A stretch of 64,000 nucleotides of DNA from a virus (IMGVR_UViG_2802428822_000002:37398-101397); one strand, 5' to 3'. Positions 1 through 10,163 are shown, counted from the stretch's first letter. Made by a program: numbers and translations. Notes: a model not told the origin generated them from the sequence alone.

Positions 1-1125
1 CCCATCGAGCTCCTCAATCGAGCGCAGGCAGCGGCGCGCCAGCTGGCCTGTGCCAGCGGACGGCTCAAGAATGCGCATCTGCGGCTCATCGCGCTTGCGT
101 AGCAGCGAAACCTGGCGGAAAACCTCGTCAACCGTCTTGTCTGGTGTCGGGAAAAAGCCGAAACGCTTAGCAGGCGTGACAGCCTTGCTCTGCAACGGAT
201 CTTCCTCTGCCTGGCCGCCGTCAGGCAGAACCTCGCCGTAATAGAAAGCGAGCGCCTTGTTGACGTCCTTCACCAAATCCTTGCGGATCATCCAAAGATG
301 CGCGTTGCCGTTCTTGAACACGCGGATCTTGAAATATGGCGTCTCAACCTCGCACTGAGCCGGACGATTGAAACCAAGACGGATAGCGTCGATCGATCCG
401 ATGGCGCCTGCATAAGTGGCACGTGGAGGCTTCTTGCCGTCCATGATGGTGAAGACGCGCTCGATATCGATCAGCGTATCGCGCGCCGTGTTGCCGCGTC
501 CGCTTCCCCAATTCCAGCCGCCGCTGTCGGTGAAAGCATAGGTGAGGATGATGCGGGCGCCGATCTTGAAACCGTCATGGCTCTTGAAGCGGCGATCTAG
601 TTTCGAAAAAGCGTTGGCGATGCCGCGTAGCCAAATCGTGCCGGCGTCCGCCATGAACTGGTCAAGCGTTGCATTCAGATTTTCGACGGTGACGGGCGGC
701 ATTCCTGCATCGATCTCATCCTGATTAATGATTGCGCCCGTGGTGTAATCGCGCCTCTCAGGAACATAGGCCATCTGCTTGCGTAGCTTGTTCTTCGCCT
801 CGATGTCCATCAGCGCTTCAAGTTCGGTGCGCTCGATCAGATACGCCCAGGTCTTCAACTGCATGATGCGTCGCGCCGCGCGCATGTAATCCTCGCGCTC
901 CGGAAGCTGGAGAGCATGAGCGAAAGCCTTGATTTCATTGATGTGATTGCTGGTGTAGCCGTTGCGGTCAAGCGTCGGGGAAATGGTGCGTTCGATCGCG
1001 TTCGCAGCGCATAGCGCCTGCTGAGCTATTTCCATCTTCGCATAAGCGTCTGCGTAAAGTTCAATCGTCTTGTCGTGCGCTGCGACGATTGCTTCGATGT
1101 TCGGGCGGACTGCGATCTGGTTCAA
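1..1125 (-). CDS. DUF4942-domain protein fused to a class I SAM-dependent (DNA) methyltransferase; runs off the window edge
   Basis: Manual translation from TTG at 1125 (SD AGGAGA upstream) gives RGIANAFSKLDRRFKSHDGFKIG, YFKIRVFKNGNAHLW, FGFFPTP and ILEPSAGTG (MTase motif I). Absent from the ORF track because the gene is truncated by the window. Confidence 0.85.
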   Translation of the reverse strand, partial: MNQIAVRPNIEAIVAAHDKTIELYADAYAKMEIAQQALCAANAIERTISPTLDRNGYTSNHINEIKAFAHALQLPEREDYMRAARRIMQLKTWAYLIERTELEALMDIEAKNKLRKQMAYVPERRDYTTGAIINQDEIDAGMPPVTVENLNATLDQFMADAGTIWLRGIANAFSKLDRRFKSHDGFKIGARIILTYAFTDSGGWNWGSGRGNTARDTLIDIERVFTIMDGKKPPRATYAGAIGSIDAIRLGFNRPAQCEVETPYFKIRVFKNGNAHLWMIRKDLVKDVNKALAFYYGEVLPDGGQAEEDPLQSKAVTPAKRFGFFPTPDKTVDEVFRQVSLLRKRDEPQMRILEPSAGTGQLARRCLRSIEELDG

Positions 1126-1297
1126 TTTCAATCTCCTTCAGTGCCACGATTGGCTGATCAGGCTTCCCAATCCACGCCGGCAGAGAACCGCCGCCATGGT
1201 TTCCATTTCCAGTAATTGCCCTTGAGATGGCACCACATCATCCAGAATGGGCCGATCTGGAATTCGTAGGCGGTTGCGCCTCGGAACCATATAATCT

Positions 1298-2428
1298 TCA
1301 TTTGGGACCATTCGTTGCGGTGGCGGCAAAGGCAGAGACGATTCCCTCAGGTAGGAGGACGTTGGGCATCCAGCACAACGGCTTGACGTCGCCGCGATGA
1401 ACCGCGTTCCACTGCCCATTCTGGAAAGCGCCCTGCACGGAATAGATGAAGGCACCTTCCTTCACCGCGAGAATGCAATGCTTTCCGTCCTTCGGCGCGG
1501 TATCCATTGACTGCCACGCCACCGGCTCGGCTACCGCTGGCTGCGGGGTTGCGTAGTAAGCTTGCGCAGGGAACTCGTCCTGACCGAACGCCATAAGGTC
1601 CGGTGCTTCTTTCCCATTCAGCAGCCAGTCGTACAGGGCGACGTGGTAAGCTGCCTTGTACTCTTCGCGGAACATGTGCGGCGTGACCTCACGATCTCCC
1701 TTTCGGATCGATACGAAGTAATCAGTGCGCCCATCAGACAAGCGCATCGGCTTGACGCTGCATGCCACCGGCTCCGCCTCTACAGTGTGTGTCTGTGCGG
1801 GAGCGGCCATCCGCAAATGGTGAGCGAAAGAACGGTTTAATGAGGCGACTAATGCCTCCGCTCTTTCCCTGGTATCCAGTGGGAGTGTAACGCCAGAAGC
1901 AGCATCCCTCGCGCTGAACCAATGACGTTCTCCGTCCGATGAACGCGACACGTGGAAAGGTCCGTCAGACTCTTCCGCCTCTACAGGGTGTGGAGCGGCG
2001 AGGGCGGAGAGGATGGCATGCCAGACGTTATGAACGGTGGCCTCCTCGCTCTCATTCGACCAATCAACAGCTAGCGCGGCGGCAACCATTTCTGGCGTAG
2101 CATCTTCCGGCACCTTCACCGCCTCACGTTGCTGGGACGCGGCGGCCGCTGGCATTTCCATTTCAACGATCTCGACAAAGCCGTCACGATCGTCGCTCAA
2201 TTCGTCCGTCTCGGGATCGAGTCCCAACTCTTCCATGCGGGCGGCGCGAGCTTCTTCGAGGCTCGCCTTCCAATTGGCAGCCGTCGCGCTGTTATCCAGG
2301 TCAACTTCCTCTCGCAGGATATTGACCATTGAAGCGGCTTCCGCGTTCGCTTGTTCGAGTGACGGGAACGGCTTCATCGGTTTTCCTGGAACGGTGAAGC
2401 TTCCACCCGTGACGAGATAGATTTTCAT
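1298..2428 (-). CDS. Multi-domain phage hypothetical protein with a C-terminal DUF551-like domain
   Basis: 376 aa ORF with SD; C-terminal WQSMDTAPKDG...PLCWMP pattern. Confidence 0.65.
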   Translation of the reverse strand: MKIYLVTGGSFTVPGKPMKPFPSLEQANAEAASMVNILREEVDLDNSATAANWKASLEEARAARMEELGLDPETDELSDDRDGFVEIVEMEMPAAAASQQREAVKVPEDATPEMVAAALAVDWSNESEEATVHNVWHAILSALAAPHPVEAEESDGPFHVSRSSDGERHWFSARDAASGVTLPLDTRERAEALVASLNRSFAHHLRMAAPAQTHTVEAEPVACSVKPMRLSDGRTDYFVSIRKGDREVTPHMFREEYKAAYHVALYDWLLNGKEAPDLMAFGQDEFPAQAYYATPQPAVAEPVAWQSMDTAPKDGKHCILAVKEGAFIYSVQGAFQNGQWNAVHRGDVKPLCWMPNVLLPEGIVSAFAATATNGPK

Positions 2429-2648
2429 AGCGTCGGTCTCCTAATGTGAGCACGGTTGCTCGTGTTGGTTAGTCACCAAAGACGCCTTTGCGGACGTCTT
2501 CCCAATACATCGCGCAATGGCGGCAGTGCGGACCGTCGCCATGCTCTTCAATCATCTTGTCGCATGACTCGCATTTCCATGACCGCTCTTCAGCGGCCAC
2601 AGATTCAGCGTCTTGACGGCGGATCTTGATTGCCTGGCGCATGGATGG

Positions 2649-2921
2649 CTAGCCGCCGCAGCGCCCTTTGAGTTTGGCGATCTCCTGCTTGTGATCCTTC
2701 TGGCCCATGCTGCCGACTGGCAGGCCGATGATGAAGACGCCGAGAGCATCATTGCGCGCCATTTTCCCCTGCTGTTCCGAAAGCTGATTGAGGCGCTTCA
2801 TGTCAGCTGGAGAACACGGCTGGCCATCGGAGGCAGACGGTTTGATGCGGTCAGGCGGAGTCGCGCAGGCAGCAAGGCTGGCCATAAGTGACATTGTGAG
2901 GATTAGAGAGATTTTTTTCAT
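2649..2921 (-). CDS. Small lipoprotein
   Basis: MKKISLILTMSLMASLAAC signal peptide with lipobox; SD AAGGAG. Confidence 0.75.
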   Translation of the reverse strand: MKKISLILTMSLMASLAACATPPDRIKPSASDGQPCSPADMKRLNQLSEQQGKMARNDALGVFIIGLPVGSMGQKDHKQEIAKLKGRCGG

Positions 2922-3032
2922 GAGGTAAAACTCCTTTCGTTGCGAGTGCGCGCGAATCCATCCGCCCGGGCGCCTGGCGGCATCTGATAAGAGTGGCGGC
3001 GCGTTTGGTGCGCCGCCGGGTGGCTGCAACTG

Positions 3033-4394
3033 TTAAACGCGCATCGGCATAAGGCAGGACATCCAGCCGGCGCGATCGCCAGTAACGAGAGCGGGCGATC
3101 CTGCATCCGAAAACTTCATGGTGAAACTTGAGCCGTTGCCGCGAGCGTCTTCGATGATGGCCATCGTGTAGCCGGCGTTGAAACCGATCTCGAATTCATC
3201 GCCATCATAGTCGCAAGCGATGTCAGCGACGGCGCTGCCAGAGTCCGGATTGTTGACGGTGAGGCGGCAATTCCCGGCAGTGAACGTGAATTTCGCCGAC
3301 CTACCTCGCTCTCTGGAAATCAGCGATATGAGCGATACAGCTCGGATAGCTTCAATCGCCCCATCCGCATCCATGGTTGCTGTCTTGTCGTTCCATGCTG
3401 GAATGACGCGCTGATAGTCGGGGAACGTGCCGTCGACCGTCTTCGAGGTGATGACGATATCGTCAAAGGAAAGGCGCACCTTGGTTTCGGTCACAGCAAT
3501 GGTGACGCTTTCCGGGCACGCCTTGCCCTTCATGAGTTTATGGAAGAGAGAGACCGTCTTGCGCGGAATGATGACATCCGGCATCCCGGCGGAACCTTCC
3601 GGCGCGTCGATATCCTGGCGATAGAGGCGATGGCCGTCGGTTGCGACCATGCGGAGCTGCGACCCGCCTTCGGTCTCAACGGTATGGAGATAGATCCCGT
3701 TCAGGTAATAGCGGGTTTCCTCCGTTGATACCGCGCCCATGGTTGAATCGATACCATCCCAGAACGCTTTGCCGGGAAGCTGGAATGTGAAGGCTGAAGC
3801 AGCCGGGCCGGCAAGGTGTGGCCAATCATTCAGCGAAAGTGGCTGCAGATGATACTGCACGCGTTCGAAGTCGAGAGAGTCCCGGTCTTCGCCGGTTGTG
3901 ATCGCCACGAAATCGCTTGCCGTCGCCTTCTTGAGCAAATCCTTGAGGAGATGCGCGGGCAGTGTTGTTCCGAATTCACGGTCCGCGGCCGCTGGGATAG
4001 TTACCGCGATCTCGATATCCAAATCTGTGCCGGTCAGGCTAAGTGCCTCGCCGGTGCCGACAAGCGCGACATTCGAAAGGATCGGGATCGTATTGCGCTT
4101 TTCGATCACGCTGTTGACGATTTCAACTGCGCGCGTCAGGCGAGCGCGTTCGATCAATGCAGATGCGCCGACAACCGGTTCGGCTGAAGGCAGACCGACG
4201 GGTGCGTTGTCGTTTTTAGCGACGATTGCCAGCTCGACGGGTTCGAGCTCGACTGACACGGCCTCGGCTTCGGCTTCCGGCTGCTTTCCACGTGCCGGGA
4301 AGGGGATGATATCAGCGGAAATTTTCTGGCTTGTCGCCGTCTCGATGGAAATCTCCGAAGCTGACTGCATAGCGCGTGCAATGTGTGCGTTCAT
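3033..4394 (-). CDS. dnaN: DNA polymerase III beta sliding clamp with an N-terminal extension
   Basis: RNTIPILSNV, TGTDLDIEI, STEETRYYLNGI, VATDGHRL, GTFPDYQRVIP, IGFNAGY and LMPMRV motifs. Confidence 0.93.
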   Translation of the reverse strand: MNAHIARAMQSASEISIETATSQKISADIIPFPARGKQPEAEAEAVSVELEPVELAIVAKNDNAPVGLPSAEPVVGASALIERARLTRAVEIVNSVIEKRNTIPILSNVALVGTGEALSLTGTDLDIEIAVTIPAAADREFGTTLPAHLLKDLLKKATASDFVAITTGEDRDSLDFERVQYHLQPLSLNDWPHLAGPAASAFTFQLPGKAFWDGIDSTMGAVSTEETRYYLNGIYLHTVETEGGSQLRMVATDGHRLYRQDIDAPEGSAGMPDVIIPRKTVSLFHKLMKGKACPESVTIAVTETKVRLSFDDIVITSKTVDGTFPDYQRVIPAWNDKTATMDADGAIEAIRAVSLISLISRERGRSAKFTFTAGNCRLTVNNPDSGSAVADIACDYDGDEFEIGFNAGYTMAIIEDARGNGSSFTMKFSDAGSPALVTGDRAGWMSCLMPMRV

Positions 4395-4487
4395 TCGTTC
4401 ATTCTCCTTTGCGATCACAATTGATCTATTGGTGGCGATTCCACCTCGCACCGGCTGCGAGAGCCGGTGAAAGCTGAAATCGATCAG

Positions 4488-4817
4488 TCAACCGTCTTCG
4501 TCATCATCGAAAACCGGCAAGCCTTCGATGACATCCGCGTCCGCGTCGAATAGGATGTAATGGCAAGCATTCGCGTGAGCGTGCCGGATGATTGGGAAAA
4601 GGTCCTCCGGCATCCCATAGTCCATCCCGCCATCATCTGGCAGTTTTGGCGCGTGAATGAACCATCCGGTCATGGTAGCGCCAAGCGTGCTCATGAGCGC
4701 GCCGCCACCAAATCCGTAGTAGCTCACGGCGTGATTCATCGTTGCGCTTTCTGACAGCCATGCCTTAGCGGCTGGTGTCAGGTGGGCGGTTGAAAGGTAG
4801 AGAAACTTCCTGATCAT
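4488..4817 (-). CDS. Hypothetical protein of the mobile-element family with LSTAHL...ILFDAD motifs
   Basis: ORF with SD and upstream hairpin. Confidence 0.65.
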   Translation of the reverse strand: MIRKFLYLSTAHLTPAAKAWLSESATMNHAVSYYGFGGGALMSTLGATMTGWFIHAPKLPDDGGMDYGMPEDLFPIIRHAHANACHYILFDADADVIEGLPVFDDDEDG

Positions 4818-4860
4818 TCTTCATTCTCCTATCGTGGCCACGCGTAGCCTATGGCTTGCC

Positions 4861-5127
4861 TTACACGCACTTCGTGAAGTCGCGCTTTGTGATCTTCTTG
4901 CCCTTCTTGTTTTGCACAAGGAGAGTCATGTACGGCGAAATTGACAACTCCGGCAAATCTTCGGAGTCGAGCGGGAGACCGGAAACCTCGATTTCATTGA
5001 TCACTTGATTCCTGAATTCAACCGAACTGGAATCGTGGGTGATCAGTTTTTCAAAGGCTTCCTGCTTCGACTTAGCCTTGACGTAAGCCGTGGTGTAGAT
5101 CATGACGTCCGTTTGATAGATCGGCAT
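4861..5127 (-). CDS. Hypothetical protein
   Basis: Start overlaps the stop of the upstream gene. Confidence 0.6.
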   Translation of the reverse strand: MPIYQTDVMIYTTAYVKAKSKQEAFEKLITHDSSSVEFRNQVINEIEVSGLPLDSEDLPELSISPYMTLLVQNKKGKKITKRDFTKCV

Positions 5128-5345
5128 CAGACCTCATCCCCATCGATCGCCACGGCGCTCCACTCGGTTGATCCTGATGCGTCCTCAATGGTCTCCAGAC
5201 GGGCCACAATCGGCGATCCGTCCGGCAGGGTTCCCAAGTTTCCAGTGTCCATCTCCGCATCCTCCAAGGCAGCAATTGCTTCTTCTTCGGATTCGGCTTC
5301 GATCTCGAATGCGCAATAAATGCGCGCAGCAAATTTGTAACGCAT
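5127..5345 (-). CDS. Acidic hypothetical protein
   Basis: SD AGGAGG and upstream hairpin; IEAESEEEA motif. Confidence 0.65.
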   Translation of the reverse strand: MRYKFAARIYCAFEIEAESEEEAIAALEDAEMDTGNLGTLPDGSPIVARLETIEDASGSTEWSAVAIDGDEV

Positions 5346-5467
5346 GCTCTTGACCTCCTGAGTGCCACGATTGGCTGGTTTGCCGCCCTATGCGGCTTGT
5401 ACGTCATCGACTTCGACGTCCTGGTTGTTGCCGTCAATATCCTCGGACGGGATTTCCGATTGCGCTG

Positions 5468-5737
5468 TCATGCAGCGTGGCCCAGATACTTTGCATTTCG
5501 CAGCCTCAACAATCCGAGCCGCCAATTGATCCGGTAGCCAATGCCACCAGAAAGAATGGTGAAATGTCCTTGCGTGCCGACAGCAAGCAAAGCCTGCTTA
5601 ATCAAAGCAGGAGAGCATGGGGCTATAACAAATTCCCCATCTCTCTTTTTGAAAACAACCCAGTCACGCCGACCGTATCGCGATTTCCGTGCGGCGTCCT
5701 GAAAGGTGAGTGCACCTTCTTTCATCAGGCCACGCAA
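5468..5737 (-). CDS. Hypothetical protein
   Basis: ORF coupled to the upstream gene. Confidence 0.55.
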   Translation of the reverse strand: MRGLMKEGALTFQDAARKSRYGRRDWVVFKKRDGEFVIAPCSPALIKQALLAVGTQGHFTILSGGIGYRINWRLGLLRLRNAKYLGHAA

Positions 5738-6036
5738 GCGATGCGATAATTGATGGAAAGCGGGCTCCAGACGAAATCTGCCGGAACATCGCCGTTATGC
5801 ACCCATGCACGCATTCCGCCTTGGATCTTCTGGAATGCTTCGTGGTGGGTGAGTGCCTTGCACGGCATGCCTTTGCCGGTGAAGGCCTCGATTGCCCGTT
5901 GCCGATCATCGGGAGACTGAAAGGCGAATAGCTCTTCGCCATTGCCCCAGTCGGACAGGACAAAGAAGGTATCGAACACCGGCGAACCGGATGCATCGGA
6001 ATAGGTGGCAAAGTTAGAGGGTTGATGAGTGAGCAT
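5725..6036 (-). CDS. Hypothetical protein
   Basis: SD AGGAGA and upstream hairpin. Confidence 0.65.
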   Translation of the reverse strand: MLTHQPSNFATYSDASGSPVFDTFFVLSDWGNGEELFAFQSPDDRQRAIEAFTGKGMPCKALTHHEAFQKIQGGMRAWVHNGDVPADFVWSPLSINYRIACVA

Positions 6037-6077
6037 CGATCGATCTCCTATAGTGGCACAATTGCCGGTGAAAGAAT

Positions 6078-6398
6078 TCAGGTGCGAGCGTAGCGCCGGA
6101 CGGCGATCCGAAATTGCATATGGAGCGCGTGCAACGTGTCGCGGATCACCTTGCCAAGGGGAATGTTGATCTCATGCGACTCGTGAGACCACGTGTCCAG
6201 GTCGGGCTTGTAGCGTTCGATCACATCATAAGGATCATCATCGAATTCATGCCCGATTTCCTTTAACCTTGAGTCATGAACATGAGGCGCGACCGCGCGG
6301 TTGAACATGTTAGTCAAAGCCGCTTCCTCGGTCATGAAGACGGCGCATTCGGTTGCGAAATTCGTGTCGGAAACGACTGTCCAGATGACTGCTTTCAT
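6078..6398 (-). CDS. Hypothetical protein
   Basis: ATG at 6398 with SD GAGGAG and upstream hairpin. Confidence 0.65.
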   Translation of the reverse strand: MKAVIWTVVSDTNFATECAVFMTEEAALTNMFNRAVAPHVHDSRLKEIGHEFDDDPYDVIERYKPDLDTWSHESHEINIPLGKVIRDTLHALHMQFRIAVRRYART

Positions 6399-6440
6399 GG
6401 TCTTGATCTCCTCTTGTGCCACACTTGGCAGTTGGACTTC

Positions 6441-6898
6441 GATTGTTCATTGATCACGCTCCGAGTTGGCTTAGCGTCTCCGCCGCTTAGGCGCGGTTGG
6501 TCCATTGCATCCAAGAAGGGAGCGGATCGTGAGCAATCAAGCGATTGTCATGCGCCGAATGTGTTCGCCGCTCTTATGTCGGCTACTGGCAAGCATGGCG
6601 CGCTTAGGATGAGTTCACCTAGTCTACCCATTACGGGCGAGGCGACAGGAACAAGATTAAATCACCGGTCAATTAGGCTGTTACTCCAGCGGGAGCCACC
6701 CGCAAGCATCTTGCCGGTTTTAGTATCCCGGCGCATGACTGCCTCCTATATTGCCGTTCAAGGCGTCCCGTTCGGGTATCCCTATGGGAATTTCATCAGG
6801 CGGCCTTGTCGCCTTGATTGGTATGTGCTGCTAGATCGTCCTGGCGTCGGCCACCAATGCAGGACGATTATGCGGAGGGCGGCGACTAACGCCGCCCA
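6441..6898 (-). ncRNA. Candidate structured non-coding RNA inside the leftward operon
   Basis: No credible ORF. Long-range stems 6441-6462/6519-6538 and 6547-6557/6729-6739, plus several nested hairpins. Confidence 0.45.
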
Positions 6899-6904
6899 AT
6901 CTGG

Positions 6905-8143
6905 TTAAACCGCGAGGTGAAGGACTTCACCAAAGGGCACTTTCGCAGCAAGGCGTGCGATGGTCTTTCGCTCTCCATATGCCGCCCAAATGACCGGCGC
7001 GGCGGGTTGCTCTCCGAAATGTTCCGGTTTGCAATCCAAGTCTGTCAAATAGACGATTGCCGACGCGTCAGGCGCATTGTCTTCGATCCATTCGAAGGCT
7101 GGAGCAAATCGCGTGCCGCCGCTTCCGCGCGCCTTGATCTGCATTTCCTCGCCCCGTTCAAATGTAAGGACCTGATGCACAGCGACATTGCAAAAGATCA
7201 CTGTGATCTTGTCCGCCGCTCCTTCATCAAGCGCGGCCTTGGCTTCCGCTGAACATGCGGCGAAAGCATCTTGATCGATGGAACTGGAGTCATCGACCAC
7301 ATAGACCACATGCGAAAGCGAGTCCGCCACGAGTCCGGGAAGGATCAAACCCGCGCCGATATAGCGCCGGTTTGGGTTCATCCACGAATAATCCTTGACG
7401 GAAGATTGATCGATGAAAGCCCGCAATTCTTCTTTCCAGTTATAGCGAGGCGCGATTGTCACCGCGTCTATTTCTTGAAGAAATCCCGGAATGCTTCCCG
7501 CATTATGAGCCTTGGCCACGGCGAGCGCTTGCCGAACGTTTGCTTTCCATTCGTTTTCGCTTGCTGTCAGCTTGCCGGGCTCATGAGCGGGCGCGGCATC
7601 CCTGATTTCCACCATTGCCGCGCTAGGCTGATCGCCGGGCGCGCCTGTCTGGTTTCCGTCCGGCTTGCCGCTTGCCGATGACGGCGAGGGCTGTTGATGG
7701 CCGGCGCCTTGCTGATCGTTCGGCTTGCCTTTGTCGCCGTCCTGCTTGGCCTTCTGGAGGCGTTGGAAAATCTCCTCCTCCGAAAGGTCCGTGTAAGCTG
7801 GATTGATCAATGCGCCTTCCGGCAGATTGAACCCGGCTTCCTTTAGTTCGGGGTTGACCGAATAGGCACACGCCTTTTTCCATTCTTCCGGCGCACGGTT
7901 GCCGCGCCGGACATGATGGAGCCTTGCGCAACTCGAAACCGCGCTGGCGACATAGCCGCGCAAGACGGAAGGCTTCAACCCCTCGACAAACGAAGGATTG
8001 AAGCCAAGGGACGCGCCGTCCGTCCACATTTCCTTGCATGCCGGATCCTCGACAAGCTCCAGATGCAACGAAAGCGTTGCATAGAACGGTTGCTCCGTCA
8101 TCAAGACGGCGCGCGCGTTATCGACTAGCTGAAACGCGCTCAT
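6905..8143 (-). CDS. DUF2201-type metallopeptidase-like / VWA domain protein
   Basis: N-terminal PFYATL..TDG..FNP; C-terminal MIDAS-like DDSSSI, GGTRFAPAF and YLTD. Confidence 0.85.
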   Translation of the reverse strand: MSAFQLVDNARAVLMTEQPFYATLSLHLELVEDPACKEMWTDGASLGFNPSFVEGLKPSVLRGYVASAVSSCARLHHVRRGNRAPEEWKKACAYSVNPELKEAGFNLPEGALINPAYTDLSEEEIFQRLQKAKQDGDKGKPNDQQGAGHQQPSPSSASGKPDGNQTGAPGDQPSAAMVEIRDAAPAHEPGKLTASENEWKANVRQALAVAKAHNAGSIPGFLQEIDAVTIAPRYNWKEELRAFIDQSSVKDYSWMNPNRRYIGAGLILPGLVADSLSHVVYVVDDSSSIDQDAFAACSAEAKAALDEGAADKITVIFCNVAVHQVLTFERGEEMQIKARGSGGTRFAPAFEWIEDNAPDASAIVYLTDLDCKPEHFGEQPAAPVIWAAYGERKTIARLAAKVPFGEVLHLAV

Positions 8144-9189
8144 GCAAAAACTGCCGTGTTGCGACCGCACCAGCTAACCCACGCGCCTGTTTCAGCAAGG
8201 GATTTGTTGCGCTTTTGAGAGTCGACCGCCGTTAGGACTTCATAGGCTTTGGGAATACGCTTGATGTATTCCATGATTGCGCCGTAATTGATCGGCGTTG
8301 CAGCCCGGGCGAGGGCGGCGGAAACCGCGAAAAGCGCGCCCGGGCCTTGCGGAACCTTTGCGCCCGCAGGATCGGCAAGGATCGTTTTGATCGAAGGAAC
8401 GTCAAGAAACGTCCGAATAAAGCCCTCGAATTCGACCGACGGACCGACGCCGACGCGCCCGGCGATGAGCGGTTGCCTCATCTCCGCGTCACGGTCCGCA
8501 TAATTGGCCGCGTCCGTCCAAGAGCGCGGAGTCGGAAAGGCGCGGGCATCAGCTGGCATGGAAAGCTTGATATCGCCGTCATCGAGCGCAACGCCAGGCA
8601 TCAGGTGAAAGAGTTGTGGCCGGAAGCGGAGGAAGGCAATCATTGCCGGATGGCGATTAGTGGCAATCGCCCAATCGGCCCACGGCGCAACATCTGGCAC
8701 AACGTCGATATGCGCGAAACGGTTCGCGAGCGCGGAAGGCATTCTTTGCGCGCTGGCGCGGTCGGACTGCCGATTGCCGGCGGCCGCAATCCTCCATCCC
8801 GGCGGCAATCTGTATTCGCCAATGCGGCGATTCAGGATGAGCTGATAGCACGCGGCTTGCGTGGATGCAGGCGCGGCGTTGATTTCATCGAGGAAGAGAA
8901 TTCCGCGTGGGCCATCGCGCTTTTCATCTGGCAGAATCGACGGGTTCGCCCAAATCGCCGCGCCGTCTTTGATGTGCGGCAAGCCACGCAGGTCAACCGG
9001 CTCAAGGGTCGTAAGCCGCTGGTCGATAAGTGCTAGACCCAATTTGTCGGCAGTTTGCGCGACAATGTCAGATTTGCCGCAACCGGGAGGACCCCAAAGC
9101 ATGGCGGGCGTATCGCCTTCAATATAAGCCTCCAGCATCTTGGCCGCGAAGTCGATTTTGACGCCTTTGTCTTGAATGTGCATGTTCAT
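8140..9189 (-). CDS. MoxR-like AAA+ ATPase
   Basis: Walker A GPPGCGKS, Walker B LFLDEIN, AAGN, ALANRF, PTPRSW. Confidence 0.92.
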   Translation of the reverse strand: MNMHIQDKGVKIDFAAKMLEAYIEGDTPAMLWGPPGCGKSDIVAQTADKLGLALIDQRLTTLEPVDLRGLPHIKDGAAIWANPSILPDEKRDGPRGILFLDEINAAPASTQAACYQLILNRRIGEYRLPPGWRIAAAGNRQSDRASAQRMPSALANRFAHIDVVPDVAPWADWAIATNRHPAMIAFLRFRPQLFHLMPGVALDDGDIKLSMPADARAFPTPRSWTDAANYADRDAEMRQPLIAGRVGVGPSVEFEGFIRTFLDVPSIKTILADPAGAKVPQGPGALFAVSAALARAATPINYGAIMEYIKRIPKAYEVLTAVDSQKRNKSLAETGAWVSWCGRNTAVFA

Positions 9190-9231
9190 TTTTTCAATCT
9201 CCAGAATGTGCCACGATTGGCGAATTGATGA

Positions 9232-10107
9232 TTATGCGAGGAAATCGGAGACGTCCGCGAGGATCGCGGCGGCGGCATCCGCCACGCTTTCCCGCAAGTC
9301 TTCGTTTTCCCGGAGTGTGTCCGCATCATGCCGCACAAGTTCGCGCCGCATGCGTTCAGCGATCTCCGAAAGCCTTGGATCGCTGGTAATGTTCAACGCA
9401 GGCAGAACAAGCGCCAGGTCGCGCACATTCTCGACAAGAGAGTCGCGAAATATGCCTTGCGCTTTCACGTTGTCATTGCCGGGAATATAGTTGCGGAGCT
9501 TTTCCACCATGCGTTCACAGACTTCCGAAACGCGGCGGTAGACGTCGCGCACGGCTTCCTGCAATTGCTCTTTTGCCCGTTCTTCGATCTCTGCGCGGAT
9601 GATTTCCGCTTGAGCGTCACCAACGGCCACGCGGAAATCTTCGGCAGCTGGAACCGGATTGATGATTGTTTTGAAATCAAACCGGGCGCGGATTTCTGCC
9701 TCGCCCGGATAATCTTCCGGCTTGAACAGGTCCCCAAGGCGCTTTTTCGCGTCCTCGACATGCTTCGAATAGCCTTTGATGAATTCATCCACGGCATTGT
9801 CAAAGTCCGCCCTGATACCGCGCAAACGCGCCGTATAGTCGAGATAGGCGGCAGCAGGAAGAAGACGGGCGCCGTCATCCTGCCAAGGGAGAGTCCGCGA
9901 GTAGTGGAACGTCCGCGCTGCGCTGATAGCCGATTGGATAGGCGCAAGCGCCTCTTTGTTCACCAGCAGCTTGTTATAGCGTCCGGCATCATTGGCCGCG
10001 CCATGAGATTCATTCACCTCATCCGTTACTTTACGGTCGATGCGGCGTGCGGTCCAAGCGGAAACGCGGACGTGAGAAAGCATTGCTTTTTCAGACAGGA
10101 CAGACAT
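9232..10107 (-). CDS. Conserved helical protein that usually accompanies the AAA/VWA pair (DUF3150-like)
   Basis: AML..V.VSAWTARR.DRKVT, TLPW.DDGARLLP, LNIT.DP; operon position. Confidence 0.7.
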   Translation of the reverse strand: MSVLSEKAMLSHVRVSAWTARRIDRKVTDEVNESHGAANDAGRYNKLLVNKEALAPIQSAISAARTFHYSRTLPWQDDGARLLPAAAYLDYTARLRGIRADFDNAVDEFIKGYSKHVEDAKKRLGDLFKPEDYPGEAEIRARFDFKTIINPVPAAEDFRVAVGDAQAEIIRAEIEERAKEQLQEAVRDVYRRVSEVCERMVEKLRNYIPGNDNVKAQGIFRDSLVENVRDLALVLPALNITSDPRLSEIAERMRRELVRHDADTLRENEDLRESVADAAAAILADVSDFLA

Positions 10108-10163
10108 TTTCAAGCTCCGTTGTGCCACTATTGGCGAGGGGTGGCCTTAAGGCCGGTTGATGA

